The notes: generated from the letters alone by a model not told the origin. Positions 44,999 through 59,134 are shown, numbered from the stretch's first letter. The stretch is 64,000 nt of DNA from the human T2T-CHM13v2.0 reference genome, Homo sapiens (GCF_009914755.1 NC_060942.1), one strand, 5' to 3'. Made by a program: numbers and translations.

Positions 44999-45310
44999 GG
45001 CCAGGTGTGGTGGCTCACGCCTGTAATCCTAATACCTTGGGAGGCGGATGCGGGCAGATCACTTGAGGCCAGGAGTTCGAGATCAGCCTGGCCAATATGG
45101 CAAAACCTCGTCTCTACTAAAAATACAAAAAATTAGCCTGGCATGGTGGTGGGTGCCTGTAGTCTCAGCTGCTCGAGAGGCTGAGGCAGAAGAATTGCTT
45201 GAACCCTGGAGGCGGAGATTGAAGTGAGCTGAGATTGTGCCACTGCACTCCAGTCTGGGCAACAGGGTGAGACTCTATCTCAAAAAAAAAAAAAAAAAAA
45301 AAGCAAAAGC
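44999..45310 (+). mobile_element. Full-length AluS
   Basis: TSD aatattaagaatac (44984-44997) / aatattaggaatac (45312-45325). Confidence 0.95.
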
Positions 45311-45555
45311 AAATATTAGGAATACATGCCTTTGTTAAGCTTATTAGCAAACTAATAAATTTTACCTAGTGCATGGGTAAAGAAAAATACAATCTTGAAA
45401 GACAGTTTTTGTAAGAATAATTTTTCAAACTTTTTTTTTTATTTTTTATACTTTAGGAGAATATTAATATGGACATGTTCATTTCTTCATTAAATTAGTG
45501 ACCCTAGATTAAGAAAGTCCATACCCTTAAAGTGCATTTTTGCATACGGCACAGA

Positions 45556-45777
45556 TTTTTTTGTTTTTAGAGTCATAGTATTGCTCTGTTGCCCAGGTTG
45601 GAGTTCAGAAGCATAATCATACCTCACTGCAGCCTCAAACTCCTGGGCTCAAGTGACCCATCCAACCCAGTCTCTCAAGTAGCAAGGACAGTAAGTGTGC
45701 ACCACCATTCCTGGCTATTTAAAAAAACATTTTTTTTTTTTTTTGTAGAGATTAAGTCTCTGTATGTTGCCAGGCTG
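45556..45777 (-). mobile_element. 5'-truncated AluJ
   Basis: AluJ-type cactgcagcctcaaactcctgggctcaag. Flanked by ggcacaga on both sides. Confidence 0.85.
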
Positions 45778-47194
45778 GGGCACAGAATTTTTGAGCATTC
45801 ACTGTAATGTGCACTTCACATGCGCTTCAACTGAACATAATATGGATTTCACAGATTATTGGTTAGTTTTCAATCTTTGTTTGAATATAGTTAAAATGAT
45901 TTACTTTATAATCCTGTTCCATAATGTAGAAGCATTTTTTGTACCATTTATGTTATTCATGTGACAAATGGATTGCCGTAAATGTTCTAACATACACTTT
46001 GCTTCTTTTAAATAGTGACTGATATTAGTAGATGTAATGGCCAACCTTCAGGTCTTCTGTCTAGAGAGATTAATGGCAAGTGCTTTGGTTTGTAAACTGA
46101 GAAAACAAAGAATCAGAAACAATGCTCAAACAGAAATGCGATTATAAATGACAAGAATATTGAGCTTTCTCAACTAATGTAGGAAGATTGAAAACAGGCA
46201 TAAAAATAGAAGTGGTGTTAGTTGCAACCATGTAGATTTTTTTTTTCTGGGCATTAGTAGGAAATAATATATTTATTGCCAAATATTAAACATTTAATAC
46301 TATAGATGCCTTTTAAATGCCTAAGCCCTGCACAAAATAATTTACTGTGCCATCTTCAGAGAATGTGTGTTTCTTAAAGTCCTTTAGAGGAAAATTCAAG
46401 CAACCTGGGAAATTGTGTCAGGGTAATCTGATATTTTCCTTTTAGTATGGGTCAAATATGCATTTAACGGACAATTCAAGTAAAACCGTTTGAGATCTCA
46501 CTTCCTTTAGTTTTCTCGAAGTGTCACCTTCATGGTTGTCTGTTCTGATGCTTGAGGTTTCTGTGTTTAAGGGGAAAGGTGCTAACAGAATATAGAATTT
46601 TCTGAAGTGTTTTTCCCTCATTCTGTTGCTGCTGCTTGTGTTTCAGGGGAGTTGGCAGCTGCCTTTTAGTTCCCTGATAGCTTAGGAAAACCTGCTCTGT
46701 AAGCATGTTAATTTTCTTCCCTCTAGAAAAAGCTTGCTAATCTCATGAGGTATTGCAAAGTTTAAATTGAAGTAAATAGAAAAATTGCTAAGTTGAGGAA
46801 AAAAAGTTCCACAGAGCTTTTTATGAGTGGGAACACATCTGCCACACAATAGAATATGACATCCTTCAGCTTACTGCTTTCCTAGGACATGTGAAGGAAT
46901 TGTTTAGTATGCATTGGTTTGGAGCACTAGCAGGTAAAAGTTTAATTACTGATCTTTGTGTTACTTATCTGTGGATTATGTAGGAGTCGTCGAGTCTCAT
47001 TTTCTGCTTTTCCTCGTGGAAACGACTCTTCCAAAAGACATCTTCAAAATAACAAACCCTGACCTCTTATTGTTTATTTGTTCATTTTTTATCTTGGTTT
47101 GAATTTTCATCCTTATTTAAGTGGTATATTGAGAGTAGTTTGTGAACCATTCAAGAAGATACCTGAGTTTTCAATGCTGTTTTTAAAAAAAAAA

Positions 47195-47482
47195 TTTTTT
47201 TTTTGAGACAGGGTTTGCTTTGTCACCCAGGCTGAAATGTGATGGTGTGATCTTGGCTCACTGCAACCTCTGCCTCCTGGGCTCAAGCAATCCTCTCACC
47301 CTAGGCTCCCAAGTACCTGGAACTACAGATGTGCACCACCATACCTGGCTAATTTTTGTATTTTGGTAGATGGGGTTTTGCCATGCTTCCCATGCTGGTC
47401 TCGAAGTCCTGAGCTCAAGCAATCTACCCACCTCGGCGTCCCACAGTGTTGAGATTACAGGTGTGAGCCACTGCCTCCAGCC
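47195..47482 (-). mobile_element. AluJ (Jb-like)
   Basis: Both arms present; ctcctgggctcaagcaatcctc. Confidence 0.92.
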
Positions 47483-48834
47483 TTTAAAAGCTATTCTTTT
47501 CACAATGATCATGCCAATGAGATCGACATGTGTGTACATGTGTGCATGTTATATGTGAGAGTCAACAATGAAGAATGCATCAACCGGGGGCGATTTGGAG
47601 GATGGAGAGCAGACTAAATCCATCCTGACAAATGTTTTGAAAGGTGTGACAAAATAGTCTATCTGGAAGTTATTGTTTCAAGTCATTAAATTTGGGGTAA
47701 TCTGTCATACTGTAATAGATAGCTACTACATAGCTCATCTCTCAGGTGCAGTAAATCATATTGTAACATATCTGTCCTACTAAGTGAAGTGCAGAGCATA
47801 CATGTGTTTCATGACTCATGCTGTGCCCACGCCCTTTTGTCTTTCCTTACAACTTGAAAAAACACTCCGCACATTGGATCTTCCATGTGCTGCACTTAGA
47901 TTTTTCTTTATCGTTCCCCATTCCTAAGACCCTGGAACTGACCTGATTATATCACAACATAATTTTGATATATTAATCCAGATAGATACAAATACAGATA
48001 TGAGGGTGTATTATTTGCTACATAATGGGAATAATCTTCAATTTTTCTCAAGATTTGAGAATTAAGGTCATTTCCCTAAAGGGTAGAATGGAATAATGCC
48101 ATCCTTGTTAATGCCTAGACTTGAACATGACACACACATTTTATTGGCCTAAAGTCAAAGAGACAGTGAAACTCCTCAACAATAGAGTGAGACTGAATTG
48201 TGGATGAATTATAATATAGTCAGCCACAATAACTGAATTAGCATTCCAAAATTTTGATTGAAAGAGGGTGAAAATTCTAAACATGATTCTATTTTCCTCT
48301 TTTCTCATCACTTTTCTTGTCATTTCTCCTTTCTGCATTCTTTTTTATCCTTAGATCAATGCCTTTAATAACTGCCTTAAGCTATGCTCATTTCTCCTGC
48401 ATAATCTATTTGATATTAAACTATATTTCTTTTTTGATTTAAGTAGCTTATTATAACTAGTTATTCCAAATCATAAAACATATGAAATATTTTGTGTTCC
48501 TATGTGGTATTAACTTTAACAGCTATATATTAACATTTATCTTTTTTAGTTTTCCTGTAGTTATTCCCTTTTACCATAACTAAAAATGAAAAACATGTCA
48601 CTGTTTTTCAATTTAATTATCTCCAAATTCTGATGAATATTACAAGTAATTATTGGTATCATTTTCCAAATCACATACTAATGCAGATGTAAGATTCTTT
48701 CTATTTTTGGAACATAATTGGAATAATCTACAAATAAGCTCTAGTCCCGATTTGAAAATTAAATTTAACTCTCTAAATAAAATGTACTTCTGGCTGAGAA
48801 TTTTATGAATGAATATGACAGAGCTTTTCAAGTG

Positions 48835-48985
48835 GATTTGAAAGAAGTGTTTAACTTTATATGTACGGGAACATGAACTGAGGTCTTAGAGATTCAATAA
48901 CTTGCCCACAGTTAAGAAACAAAGCACAATTCAAAGCCAGCATTTCAAATCCAGACTCTACCCGTGCCTGGATTCTACCACAGTG
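48835..48985 (-). mobile_element. MIR
   Basis: gaactgaggtcttagagattcaataacttgcccacag. Confidence 0.6.
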
Positions 48986-51863
48986 TATGGTCTATCTCTC
49001 TTCCTTTTCTTTTTCCCATCTCTTTCTTATTTTCTTTCTCTTTTTCTCCTTCCTTCTCTTATTTAAAAAACACACAAACATTTATTGGCTACTGTAGAGC
49101 CTTTTTGAGTACCAGCAAATAAATAAAAAAAAAAATTGTAAAAGAAGAGTTTCATAATGTATTGCAATACATTAAGTCATTAATATTTGAGTGTCAGTTG
49201 ATTCCTCTCATTATTTCCTTCTGTGAGATCAGGGACACAGGGATGATAGCAGAAAGTTCTATAACAGGGATGAGATGGACACAAGAAAAAGGAGCTAAGA
49301 GTGGGACAAATAAAATTTTCCTTCACTTTGCATTTTGCCTAGACTCCCCAGGGGCTCATTTTATTGCTTCATAAAGATTATTTTATCATAATACTGTGTT
49401 TTAGAAATACTTTTGAAAGGGTTAAATGCAGTCTGTTGCCAGTAAGTGATTCCTGGGAATTTTAATAAGCCTGAGCTCCTGCAATTCAGCAGATAACAGC
49501 TACCAGGATTACAGTGCATACAGAACTGCACGGTGTCATGTTTTCATGGCTGCACAATTCTTATAGAAATTGCTCTTGGAATGACCCAGCTTTATAGATG
49601 ACAAATCCACAAGGTGTTGGGGAAACTATCACAATGTTAAAACTCTCACTGGAGCCATAACCTTGGGTTTTGAAGCCAACTGAACTAGAAGAATGGCAGT
49701 AACTAACTGAAGACTGTTGTCAGTCCCCATCAAATGGCTACCTGAGAAAAGAAATGTCTCTTTGAGATGGCAGTTGAACTGTCCTCCAGCATGCCAGAGC
49801 CAATGCTTTATTCAGTGTCCTTGAGTGTGTAGGTAGGGAAAGAATTTGCTTCAGCATAGCACATGGTACAAAGAGTCATAAATAGGGTCATTGTGGTGCT
49901 CAGTGTCTCAATGCCCAGAGTAATTAACTCCACATGCCATGGCTGAGGGCTGTGGCTGCGTTCAAGTGAGGTGATGAGGTGTCCAGCCCTGAAGGGCATG
50001 GTTTGTTTGACTTCTTTATTATAAACACGATGAAAAAGTAATAGTTTGTGCTACATGGCATTGCAGTGCTTCCAGTCAGGAAATGAATTTTCATGTGTTG
50101 GATCTCTTATGAATTCTGTGTGATTTTTGTCCCAGGAGTGTAAGAAAAACTGCTCTTTTTATACTACTAAGTGAGGCAATGTGTAGCCTAAACAGATGGA
50201 AACAGCTTGACTTTAGCATAAGTGTTTGAATATGCAGTTTAAGTGTAGAAATCCACAAGGTACAAGTAACAGAGAATCTTTATCATTTAAAAGGCCTATC
50301 AAGTTTACATCGACAAAGGGATTGAAACTTTGCTGCATGAGGATTCTTTAAAAAATAATATTTGTATGAAATTATTAGAAAATTTCAAATATATGTTCCT
50401 TAAGGAAGGTAAAACATAAGGATAACATAAAATGGTAATTAGCACAAAGTAAGTACTTATTAAACATTAGCTACTATTGTTTTTATTGTTAATTACATTT
50501 TCCTTCAGACAAAAAAAAAAAAAAAAAAACCTTACTGTACTTTAAGTATTCTGTTAATAGACCCTGGAAACTTTTCTATATGATATATCCTGATAAGCCA
50601 TTTTTTCACAAGATCCAAATCTTAAAATAGTTGCTAACTAATCATTTATAATGTGTGGAATTATGTCTTGCATAATATTATTGTTTTCATATTTATCTCT
50701 CATACTTTTCTTATTAAAAAACATCTAGAAAAGGCAAAACTGGCATGAATTCTTAAATGTTTGATGAAGAAGTAAGACAAGGGTATCATAATGATCATGA
50801 TGCTATTGTTAAACAGTATATGTTTAAAAATGAATATCAGCAGTTTCCAAGAGAACTGACTAATGGCAAAACTGTGAGACTATGAGGTTAAGTTTTGGCC
50901 CCATGGCCTGGCTATTCTGTGCCCCTTTCCATCCTCTATCCACCCTATTTGTATTGTTGGCTCACTCCCTTATTTATTTCCTCACCCGCCTACAGGGGTT
51001 AAGGTTGCTGGGTTATCCTCATTAGTTCCTGTCCACCAGAAAGACAGCTAATGAAACGAACAGATTGTGGAGTATTAGTAATTTAATATACTATTCTCCC
51101 CATGCTTATTTACATTTTAAAAGTGGATGTGGAGAAAAAGAAAATTTTTCATCTAAAGCAGTGATTCATTAATCACTATCATCAGTGACAGGTCAATGGA
51201 TGTCCTTCCCACAATTTTCAAATCACACCAATCAAATAGGCAGCTGTTTTACCTGCAGGTAAGGATGGCCCTTGTATCAATGCTGTTACTGTGATGTAAG
51301 TCAGGAACGTTTCATTCTTTAAGTCTATTCATTTGTCTAGAGTATTATTTAAATGCTACTATTAGTTTGAGAGTCAGTATTTCTTTGCAGGGCCTTATTT
51401 TACAACTGGAGAAGACTTTAAGCCAATGAAACTCCATCTTTGTGCAGAAGCTAATTGAATTTGATTTATGTTATTAGTTATATATTTGACATAGTATAAG
51501 TATTCTGATTCATAATTTAATGTCCAAGAATCATAATTATTATTTACATTTATTTGGGCAATTTATTTCAAATGAATAATTGCTCATTCAATTTTAAGAA
51601 TTGTAAAATTTCTGTATAATAAATTAAGCAACAAAACAATAGTCCTTACAGAATTCGTCTCTTATGATTATGAATGATCACTTCAGAGATGAAAGTTAAG
51701 TGATAAGATGGGATAGTAGTGGGGAGGATAGTTCTGGGTATGAGAATGTCCTTTAAACCTATGAATTTGGATCTAAACTATAAATAAAATGTTTCATTTT
51801 TACTGCTTTGGACTCTGAGCTAATCATTTAGCACAGTCATATTAAAAGTATCACAATAATATT

Positions 51864-52177
51864 CAGAGGTCCCCATGGATTGGTACTGTTCCATGGCCTG
51901 TTAGGAACTGGGCTCCACAGGGAGGTAGCAGCAGGTGAGGCAGCATTACCGCCTGAGCTCCACCTTCTGTCTGATCAGGGATGGCAACAGATTGTCCTAG
52001 AGCTCGAACCATATTGTGAATTGCGCATGCAGGGATATAGGTTGTGTGCTCCTTAAGAGAAGCTAACTAAGGCCTGATGATCTGAGGTGGAACAGTTTCA
52101 TCCCAAAATCATCCCCCCACTCCCACCTATGTCTTCCAAGAAGCCTGTCCCTGAAGCCAAAAAGGTTAGGATCGCTG
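51864..52177 (-). mobile_element. MER1B
   Basis: Homologous to the reverse complement of 14441-14779 (cattaccgcctgagctccacc; tgaggtggaacagtttcatcc). Confidence 0.88.
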
Positions 52178-52425
52178 ATATATCTCATGATGTTTACCTA
52201 CCAATAAGGGATTTTCATGTTGGAACCATGAGGTTACAGTAGAATCCACATTAGGTCTATTGCAATACTAAGCACCTCCTCTCCCCCTCCAGGCCTGTAC
52301 TCAATGTACTATTTTGACCCAGGCTTTGTGTGCCTTCTCTTATACCAATAGCTCTTATTGAGAACAAGATAATAACCAATCACATGGCAAAGAATGTAGG
52401 ACTATGAGTTCTAAGATTCAGAGTT

Positions 52426-53050
52426 TTTGATGGGGTTGTTTTTTTCTTGTAAATTTGTTTGAGTTCCTTGTAGATTCTGGATATTAGACCTTTGTCAGAT
52501 GGATAGATTGCAAAAATTTTCTCCCATTCTGTAGGTTGCCTGTTCACTCTTATGATAGTTTCTTTTGCTGAGCAGAAGCTCTTTAGTTTAATTAGTTTCC
52601 ATTTGTCAATTTTGGCTTTTGTTGCAATTGCTTTTTGTGTTTTAGTTATGAAGTCTTTGCCCATGCCTGTGTCCTGAATGGTATTGCCTAGGTTTTCTTC
52701 TAGGGTTTTTATGGTTTTGGGTTTGTGGCTGAAGCTGGAAAATATCATCTGCAGCAAATTAACACAGAGAGAGAAAACCAAATACCACATGTTCTCACTC
52801 ACAAGTGGGAGTTGAACAATGAGAACACACGGACAACAGGGAGGGGAACATAACACGCCAGGGCCTGTTGGGAGCTGGGGCGAAAGGGGAGAGAGAGCAT
52901 TAGGACAAATACCTAATGCATGCAGGGCTTAAAACCTAGATGAAGGGTTGGTAGGTGCAGCAAACCACCATAGCACATGTATACCTATGTAACAAACCTG
53001 CTTGTTCAGCCCATGTATCCCAGAACTTAAAGTAAAAAAAAAAAAGAAAA
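52426..53050 (+). mobile_element. Short L1PA insertion with 5' inversion (52426-~52724 minus; ~52725-53050 plus)
   Basis: An antisense ORF2 C-terminal piece is joined to sense 3'UTR and poly(A). Exact TSD aagattcagagtt at 52413-52425 and 53051-53063. Confidence 0.93.
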
Positions 53051-55459
53051 AAGATTCAGAGTTACGGATGCATGGGTGATGAAGAAGCAACACAAGAGCA
53101 ATGTAATGGTCATCTGAGCTTTGGATTCTACCCAACTCAAGTCCTGTAATGTAAAAGGGGAACTCAGCTAGGCACAGTAATAGGCAATGGACTGTTTTTA
53201 CAACTTTTTAATTTTTTTGCCTAAAAAATGCAAGAAATTTTTGTATTTTTAGATGAGTATACCTTTTTTTACTATAATGATAAATAGAATAGTAAATGAA
53301 CTCTTAACAATTGTATGTTGTTTTAAATAAATATGCTTTTATTCATTCCAGTTCGTTCCATCTTTGAGAATTTTTAACCATGATTTTTGATTATTTGGAA
53401 CTTCTTCTCTTTTCACTGTACATCCTCATTAATTGCAGATGTCTGTATCAGAAATGCCAACTAAATCTTTAGCATCAGACATGTTGAGAAAAATTTACAA
53501 AATTATTTTCATGAGAATTTTGTGATTTTTCAAGTATCAACGCACCCATATACAGAATGGCCTTCACAAAAACAAAAAAAAAAAAACAAAGAAAAACAAA
53601 GTCAAAACAATGAATAAAATTTTCATTTCCTTTGAAAGTGCTAATCACCTTCAAACCACAGGATTAAGATTGATACTTGAGCTATCTTGGATTTCTAGGA
53701 TGGAAATATTGGGGTTTTAAAATCAGACATCTCTTCAGGTGTAGGTATATGTGTATGGATAATATTGCTTTTAACTTCCACTAACCTATTTCAGACAGTT
53801 CACAAAACAGTTTTTTAAATATATTCATATATTTTTGGTTACAAATTATATCAATTTCTTCTTTAATGACTGCCACCAGCAAAAGGCTCAGAGTGGGCTA
53901 CTATATTCATACATTTCAGGGCAATTTCTTCTAGGGTGTTCAAGTAAATGTGTTACCTAGACTTACATATTACTTCTCATTGGCCAATATATTATATGTT
54001 ATGGATCTATATTTCATTTTACCACTTTCCCTACAGAGTGAATCTAATCTTAGAAGGTTGTATAGTACAAAACTAACAGTATGACAATTTTTGCCAGATT
54101 CAGGGAAAGAAAATTGGGTAATACCATTTTACTACCCAAAAAATATCACATATGTCTTCTGAGTAAATTTCATATTTGGAACATGTTCTCAATTAATTAT
54201 AATTATCAAGTTTTTATTAAATATTTCCTATATAGATATGTTTTCTCATAAGATGCAGTTCAAGTAACATAAATTAATTTTTGCTTGAGAGGTTGCAGTG
54301 TCTGACATATTAAAATCTTTTACCTTTTACTATAGAATAAGCTGGCCAATGTTGTTTCTAGATGTCTGAATATTATTTATTCAACTTTTTCTAGTCTATA
54401 AAAACACATACATACATTTCAAATATGCCTAATATAGTCTAAAATAATCTGGATAAGTGTTAAAAATCATATGTAGGAAAGTGTTTCATTTTTGAGAAAT
54501 TAATCTCATTTAAAATGTGCTTAACTGCACTAGAACTCAAGTTTCTAAACCAATCAGAACGTTGAATTTAAAAATGAATGACTTGACTATCGTAGTCTGC
54601 CTTGAACATCTATTATCTGCATTCATGAAATCTACATTTAGCATAAGCTATAGTAATGGTAGCTACCATAGATTCAGTTTCTTTTGCATTGAAATAAAAA
54701 GCTTAGTGTGAACTTTTTCCCCATAAATACCTTTGGCTTGCCTTGGCATTTATGCAGCAGCAGGAGACCATTATCCAGTGACACATTCTATCCCACTGAC
54801 ATTATCACTCAAAGATGGTCGATTTCATTTTCAGGAAGGTCCCAGAGAGCCACAGACAAGTTACAATCAATCACACAACCACAATTGCTAGCTGAGTCAC
54901 ATTACTCTCAAAAATAAAAAACAAGGATAACTCAAATATACTAATGCATATTTAAATTTCACATTTAACACCTAAAGAACTGATGAATTATTGCCTGTCT
55001 TCACATTAACAATATCTTTATGTTTAATCCACGCTTACTTTTCCCCGTGACATAAATAAATACCAGAATGAGTTTAAATACTTTGCTATGTGGATATAGA
55101 ATACAGTCTGGCCAGGGGCTCTGGGAAAGGTGCAGCGATTCTATATATCAGGTAATCTATGAGTGAAAATGAACAGGAAGCTTTAAAATTAGTCAAGCAA
55201 AGCTAGATATGGATCAGGCTCGGCCGAGGGGATAAAGGTAAACAGAACATAGGTTGGGCAAGTGGTAAGTATAATGGTAAATGAAATCACTGCTAGGATG
55301 AAATTAGGCTGAGCACAACACAAGGTGAAGGACAGAGTCAGGAATTCAGGCCCCGGGGTCTGAAAGAGCTTCAGACAGAGGCAGTCTGGTTCTATAAAGA
55401 GTTTTTCAGGAAGGAATTTTCCTGGGTTTTGAGCGAATTCTACAAAATGGGCTTTGGAC

Positions 55460-56183
55460 TGTCAACTGAAGAATTAGGAGGTTCATAAATTTAAAAAGGA
55501 GAGCTTTATTTCTCATAAAGGATTGCAGCCTGCAGGGTGGCCATTCTGACAGGCTGGGAAGCATAGCTTCCCCCCAGAAGCTTGAAACAGATACTTGGAG
55601 GGAAGGGCAAAGGGAACAGGAATTTTTGCTGAGCAAGGTAGCCCAATATACATATTTAGTAAGCTATAGGAGAAGTCATGAAGATTTATGAAAGGAGAAA
55701 CATTCACATGTGCAGTGCAGCTTCATGCCCCTTCATGGGCCCCTTGAGCAAAAATGGTAGCATTTGCATTATCAGAGGATGGAGTTCCCAGCCCTCTAAC
55801 ATCTGAAGGTGAAGCGGAGGACATGAAAACCTTCACTGTGCATCCTCCATAGACTGTCCAGAATCACTCCGTGGTTGGTGGTCTCTCATCAGGAAGGAAG
55901 GCTCTTTGGTTGCTGTGCCAAAACTGAAAAGGGAGGGAGCAGTATCAGGCCATTGATTGATATCAGCTGTGGAGTTTTTATAACTCCCTGGTTTCTGTTC
56001 AGCCCTTAGGGAAGAAGAAAGCTTAATTGTGGTTAGCAAGGGAGCGGGTATAATGAGGCATGTCCTACTTCTTATCCCGTCATGGATGAGAACTCAGTTT
56101 TAAAGATTATTCTGGTGTCCCCTTGGGCAAGAGATGGTCCAGTCAGTCAATTAGGGCTCTTAAGATTTTACTTTTATTTCTCA
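55460..56183 (-). mobile_element. Solo ERV1 LTR, MER4 family
   Basis: TG...CA termini. TSD ggac at 55456-55459 and 56184-56187. Homologous to 243-1195. Confidence 0.85.
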
Positions 56184-56500
56184 GGACTGTCTCTCTCAAA
56201 TCCTGGCTCTCTCTCTTTCTCTCTCTCTCGTTATAAGAAAAGCCATATTCCTATGTGTTAGTTCAAGACTTTGTGAAGCCTTAAACTTATTTCCCTCTAC
56301 GCTTTTTTTTTTTAGTTTCTGTGTTGAAAGCTGGAATTATGTGTTGTGACCTGATATGGAATTCCACTGGTCTATGTAATGTGGGAATACAAGCCTATGA
56401 GCAAGTTTGTTGCTGTTCTCATCTTAAACTCTCATTAAGGAGGAGAAGTGTCAGATGTTTATTAAACCTTCTGATACTATTTTGCGTGCCTCACAGGTTT

Positions 56501-57331
56501 TGAAACCACCTTCCTCAAAGTTAAAAAGGGCACAGCATTAACATTATAGTGAATTTGGGTAAGATATTTTCCTTTCTGTCTTGACTTTTTCCTGTTCTAT
56601 GCATTAATGCTTGCACATAGTCATTTAAATAAATGGTAGTGACTAATAATTGAGTATCTTCCTGTCCTAGCCTCTGGGCAGGCTGCCCGCAGGATTAATG
56701 AACTTGTTTTTCTCCTAAAGAATAATGTTCATTAGATCCTGCAGCCCCTCTTGATGCCTTCCAGAAGTTGGACTGGCCAAGAGGGTGGGGGTGGGTGGGC
56801 AGCTTTGATCACTGGGAATCTTGCCTCCTGCAATCTTTTCTGCTAAGCTAAAGGCATAGTTAAATGATAACTGCCATTGTTTTCAGCTTTCTTTCCATAG
56901 TACCAGGAGCCACAAACACTATTGTAAAACCTAAGACTGGTCCTTGAGATATTTTTCAGACTTTGCCTACAAATGGACCAACGAATACCACCAAGCAGGT
57001 AGCCCATGACCTCAACCGAGGAACTGACTTGACTGGTCTTGTAACTCCCCAACTCCCCAGGAACTGATTCAATGCATGAAGACAGCTTCAACACTCCTGT
57101 GATTTCGTCCCAGACCAGTCAGCACCACTCATACTCTAGCCTTTCTGCCCACCAAATCATCTTCAAAAGCCATAGCCTCTGAAGTCTCAGGAAGGAGGCT
57201 TTGAGAACGACCACCCAACCTCCTTGCTCGGTTTACTTGCAATAATTAAACTCTTTCTTTAGTGCAATATCTGCTGTCTCAGTGTTCAGCTCTATCTGGG
57301 CAGTGGGCAAAAACCTGGTGAGGTGGTAACA
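56501..57331 (+). mobile_element. Solo ERV1 LTR, LTR8-like
   Basis: tgaaaccacctt...ttgagatatttttcagac...ccaggaactgattca...gaagacagcttc...ggtggtaaca. TSD gttt at 56497-56500 and 57332-57335. Confidence 0.75.
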
Positions 57332-58051
57332 GTTTCACCAGCAAGGAAACCAAGAATCAGCAAAATAAAAAAGCTTAAGCCATGTTTAAGTTCATTAATG
57401 AGTAAGCTGATACTACTGGCTTGGCCTCTTGATACACCAGTGGCCTTTCCACTTTATCAAATGACTTCTCCATGTAGCCTATTTTACTCAATCCAGGAGA
57501 GAGGACTAGCTAGTAAGCAATAGAGCACTAGAGGTAGATTTTATGGAATTCAATTGTGAAACATTTTCTGTGAAATGTTTCCCTTTGTAATGTAAATGGA
57601 AGGCTATCAGGCTTGGTTAGCGGAATAAAGAAATTGAATTACCAAAAAGTTTTCCCATTGCTATCCATAATTGAGAAAAGAGCTCAAAATATCAGACCAT
57701 ACTGTTATTTTCCATATTACAATTTACTGTTAAATGAGTTCTATTAAGTTTACTAAGATGCACATAATTTTAATCATCCTCTAAGGAGCCCCCAAAGAAA
57801 CTAACAACTCCTTTTAGAGTTAGCAATATTTATCAATAAAATAAACACAATGATATACATATATGAAATATATATACACAGAGGTATTAAAGTTTTGGGT
57901 CAATTTGTTTAAATTTCCTTGAATTCAGTTATAAAATAGAGGAGAATATGAGGAAAATAAAATATTGGTTAAAACACAGATGCTAGTAGCAGATTTTCTG
58001 GTTCAAATAGTGGTTCTGCCACTTATTAGGTTGTATTCTTAGCTAAGTTTT

Positions 58052-58485
58052 TTTCACTCGAGTCCGTGTGAAGAGACCACCAAACAGGCTTTGTGTGAGC
58101 AACATGGCTGTTTATTTCACCTCGGTGCAGGCGGGCTGAGTCCGAAAAGAGAGTCAGTGAAGGGAGATAGGGATGGGGCCGTTTCATAGGATTTGGGAAG
58201 GTAATGGAAAATTACAGTCAAAGGGGGTTGTTCTCTGGTGGGCAGGGGCAGGGGTCACAAGGTGCTCAGTGGGGGAGCTTCTGAGCCAGGAGAAGGAAAT
58301 TCACAGGGTTAATCACTCAGTTAAGGTGGGGCAGGAACAAATCATAATGGTGGAATGTCATCAGTTAAGGCGGGACAGGGCCTTTTCACTTCTTTTGTGC
58401 TTCTTCAGTTACTTCAGGCCATCTGGGCGTATATGTGCAAGTCACAGGGGATGCGATGGCTTGGCTTGGGCTCAGAGGCCTGACA
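58052..58485 (-). mobile_element. HERV-H solo LTR (LTR7 family) inserted in a MIR
   Basis: The reverse complement reads tgtcaggcctctgagcccaagccaagccatcgcatcccctgtgac...aataaacagccatgttgctcacacaaagcctgtttggtggtctcttcacacggac. 5 bp TSD gtttt at 58047-58051 and 58486-58490. Confidence 0.95.
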
Positions 58486-58634
58486 GTTTTCTGTGCACTA
58501 ATCTTTCGGTATGTAAAATGGGGCTAAGTAGAACAACTCTGAAAATGAGTTAATATAAAAAAAAACAAAACAAAAAAAACAGAACAGTGATTGGCCCATA
58601 GTAAGCACTTTATTAGCTTTAGTTGTTATTGTAG

Positions 58635-59134
58635 TGTAGCAGGAGGAGTAGCAGACAAAACTCCTCAGACACCAGATTAAAGAAGGAAGAGGTTTTTTTA
58701 TTCAGCTGGGAGCATCGGCAGACTCGTGTCTTAAGAGCCGAGCTCCCTGAAAAAGAAATTCCTAGCCCTTTTAAGGGCTTACAACTCTAAGGGGTCTACC
58801 TGAAAAAGTCATAATAGATCAAGTAAGCATGAGAAACGTGACTGGGGGCTACATACATCAGCTAACAGAACAAAAAGTTTTACAGTGCTTTCTCATTCAA
58901 TGTCTGGAACTTACAGATAACACCAGTAGTTTTGGTCAGGGGTTAATAATATTATTATTATTTTAGCCACCAGGGTCAGGTGGTGGTGCCAAAGTCGTCT
59001 AGCTATTTATCTTACTTCTGTTTCTTTCCAACTTTTTGCTTTCTCCCTTTTCTCCTGTCTTATAAACTAGGGAAAAGGGGAGGTTGGGGAGAAACTGAGA
59101 AGGACAACAGGAGAAGTGGTGACCTCATAACACA
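58635..59134 (-). mobile_element. Solo LTR2-family LTR (HERV-E/Harlequin; LTR2C-like)
   Basis: The reverse complement ends ...ggtgtctgaggagttttgtctgc...cctgctaca and contains gacccccttagagttgtaagcccttaaaaggg-like sequence. TSD gtag at 58631-58634 and 59135-59138. Confidence 0.85.
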
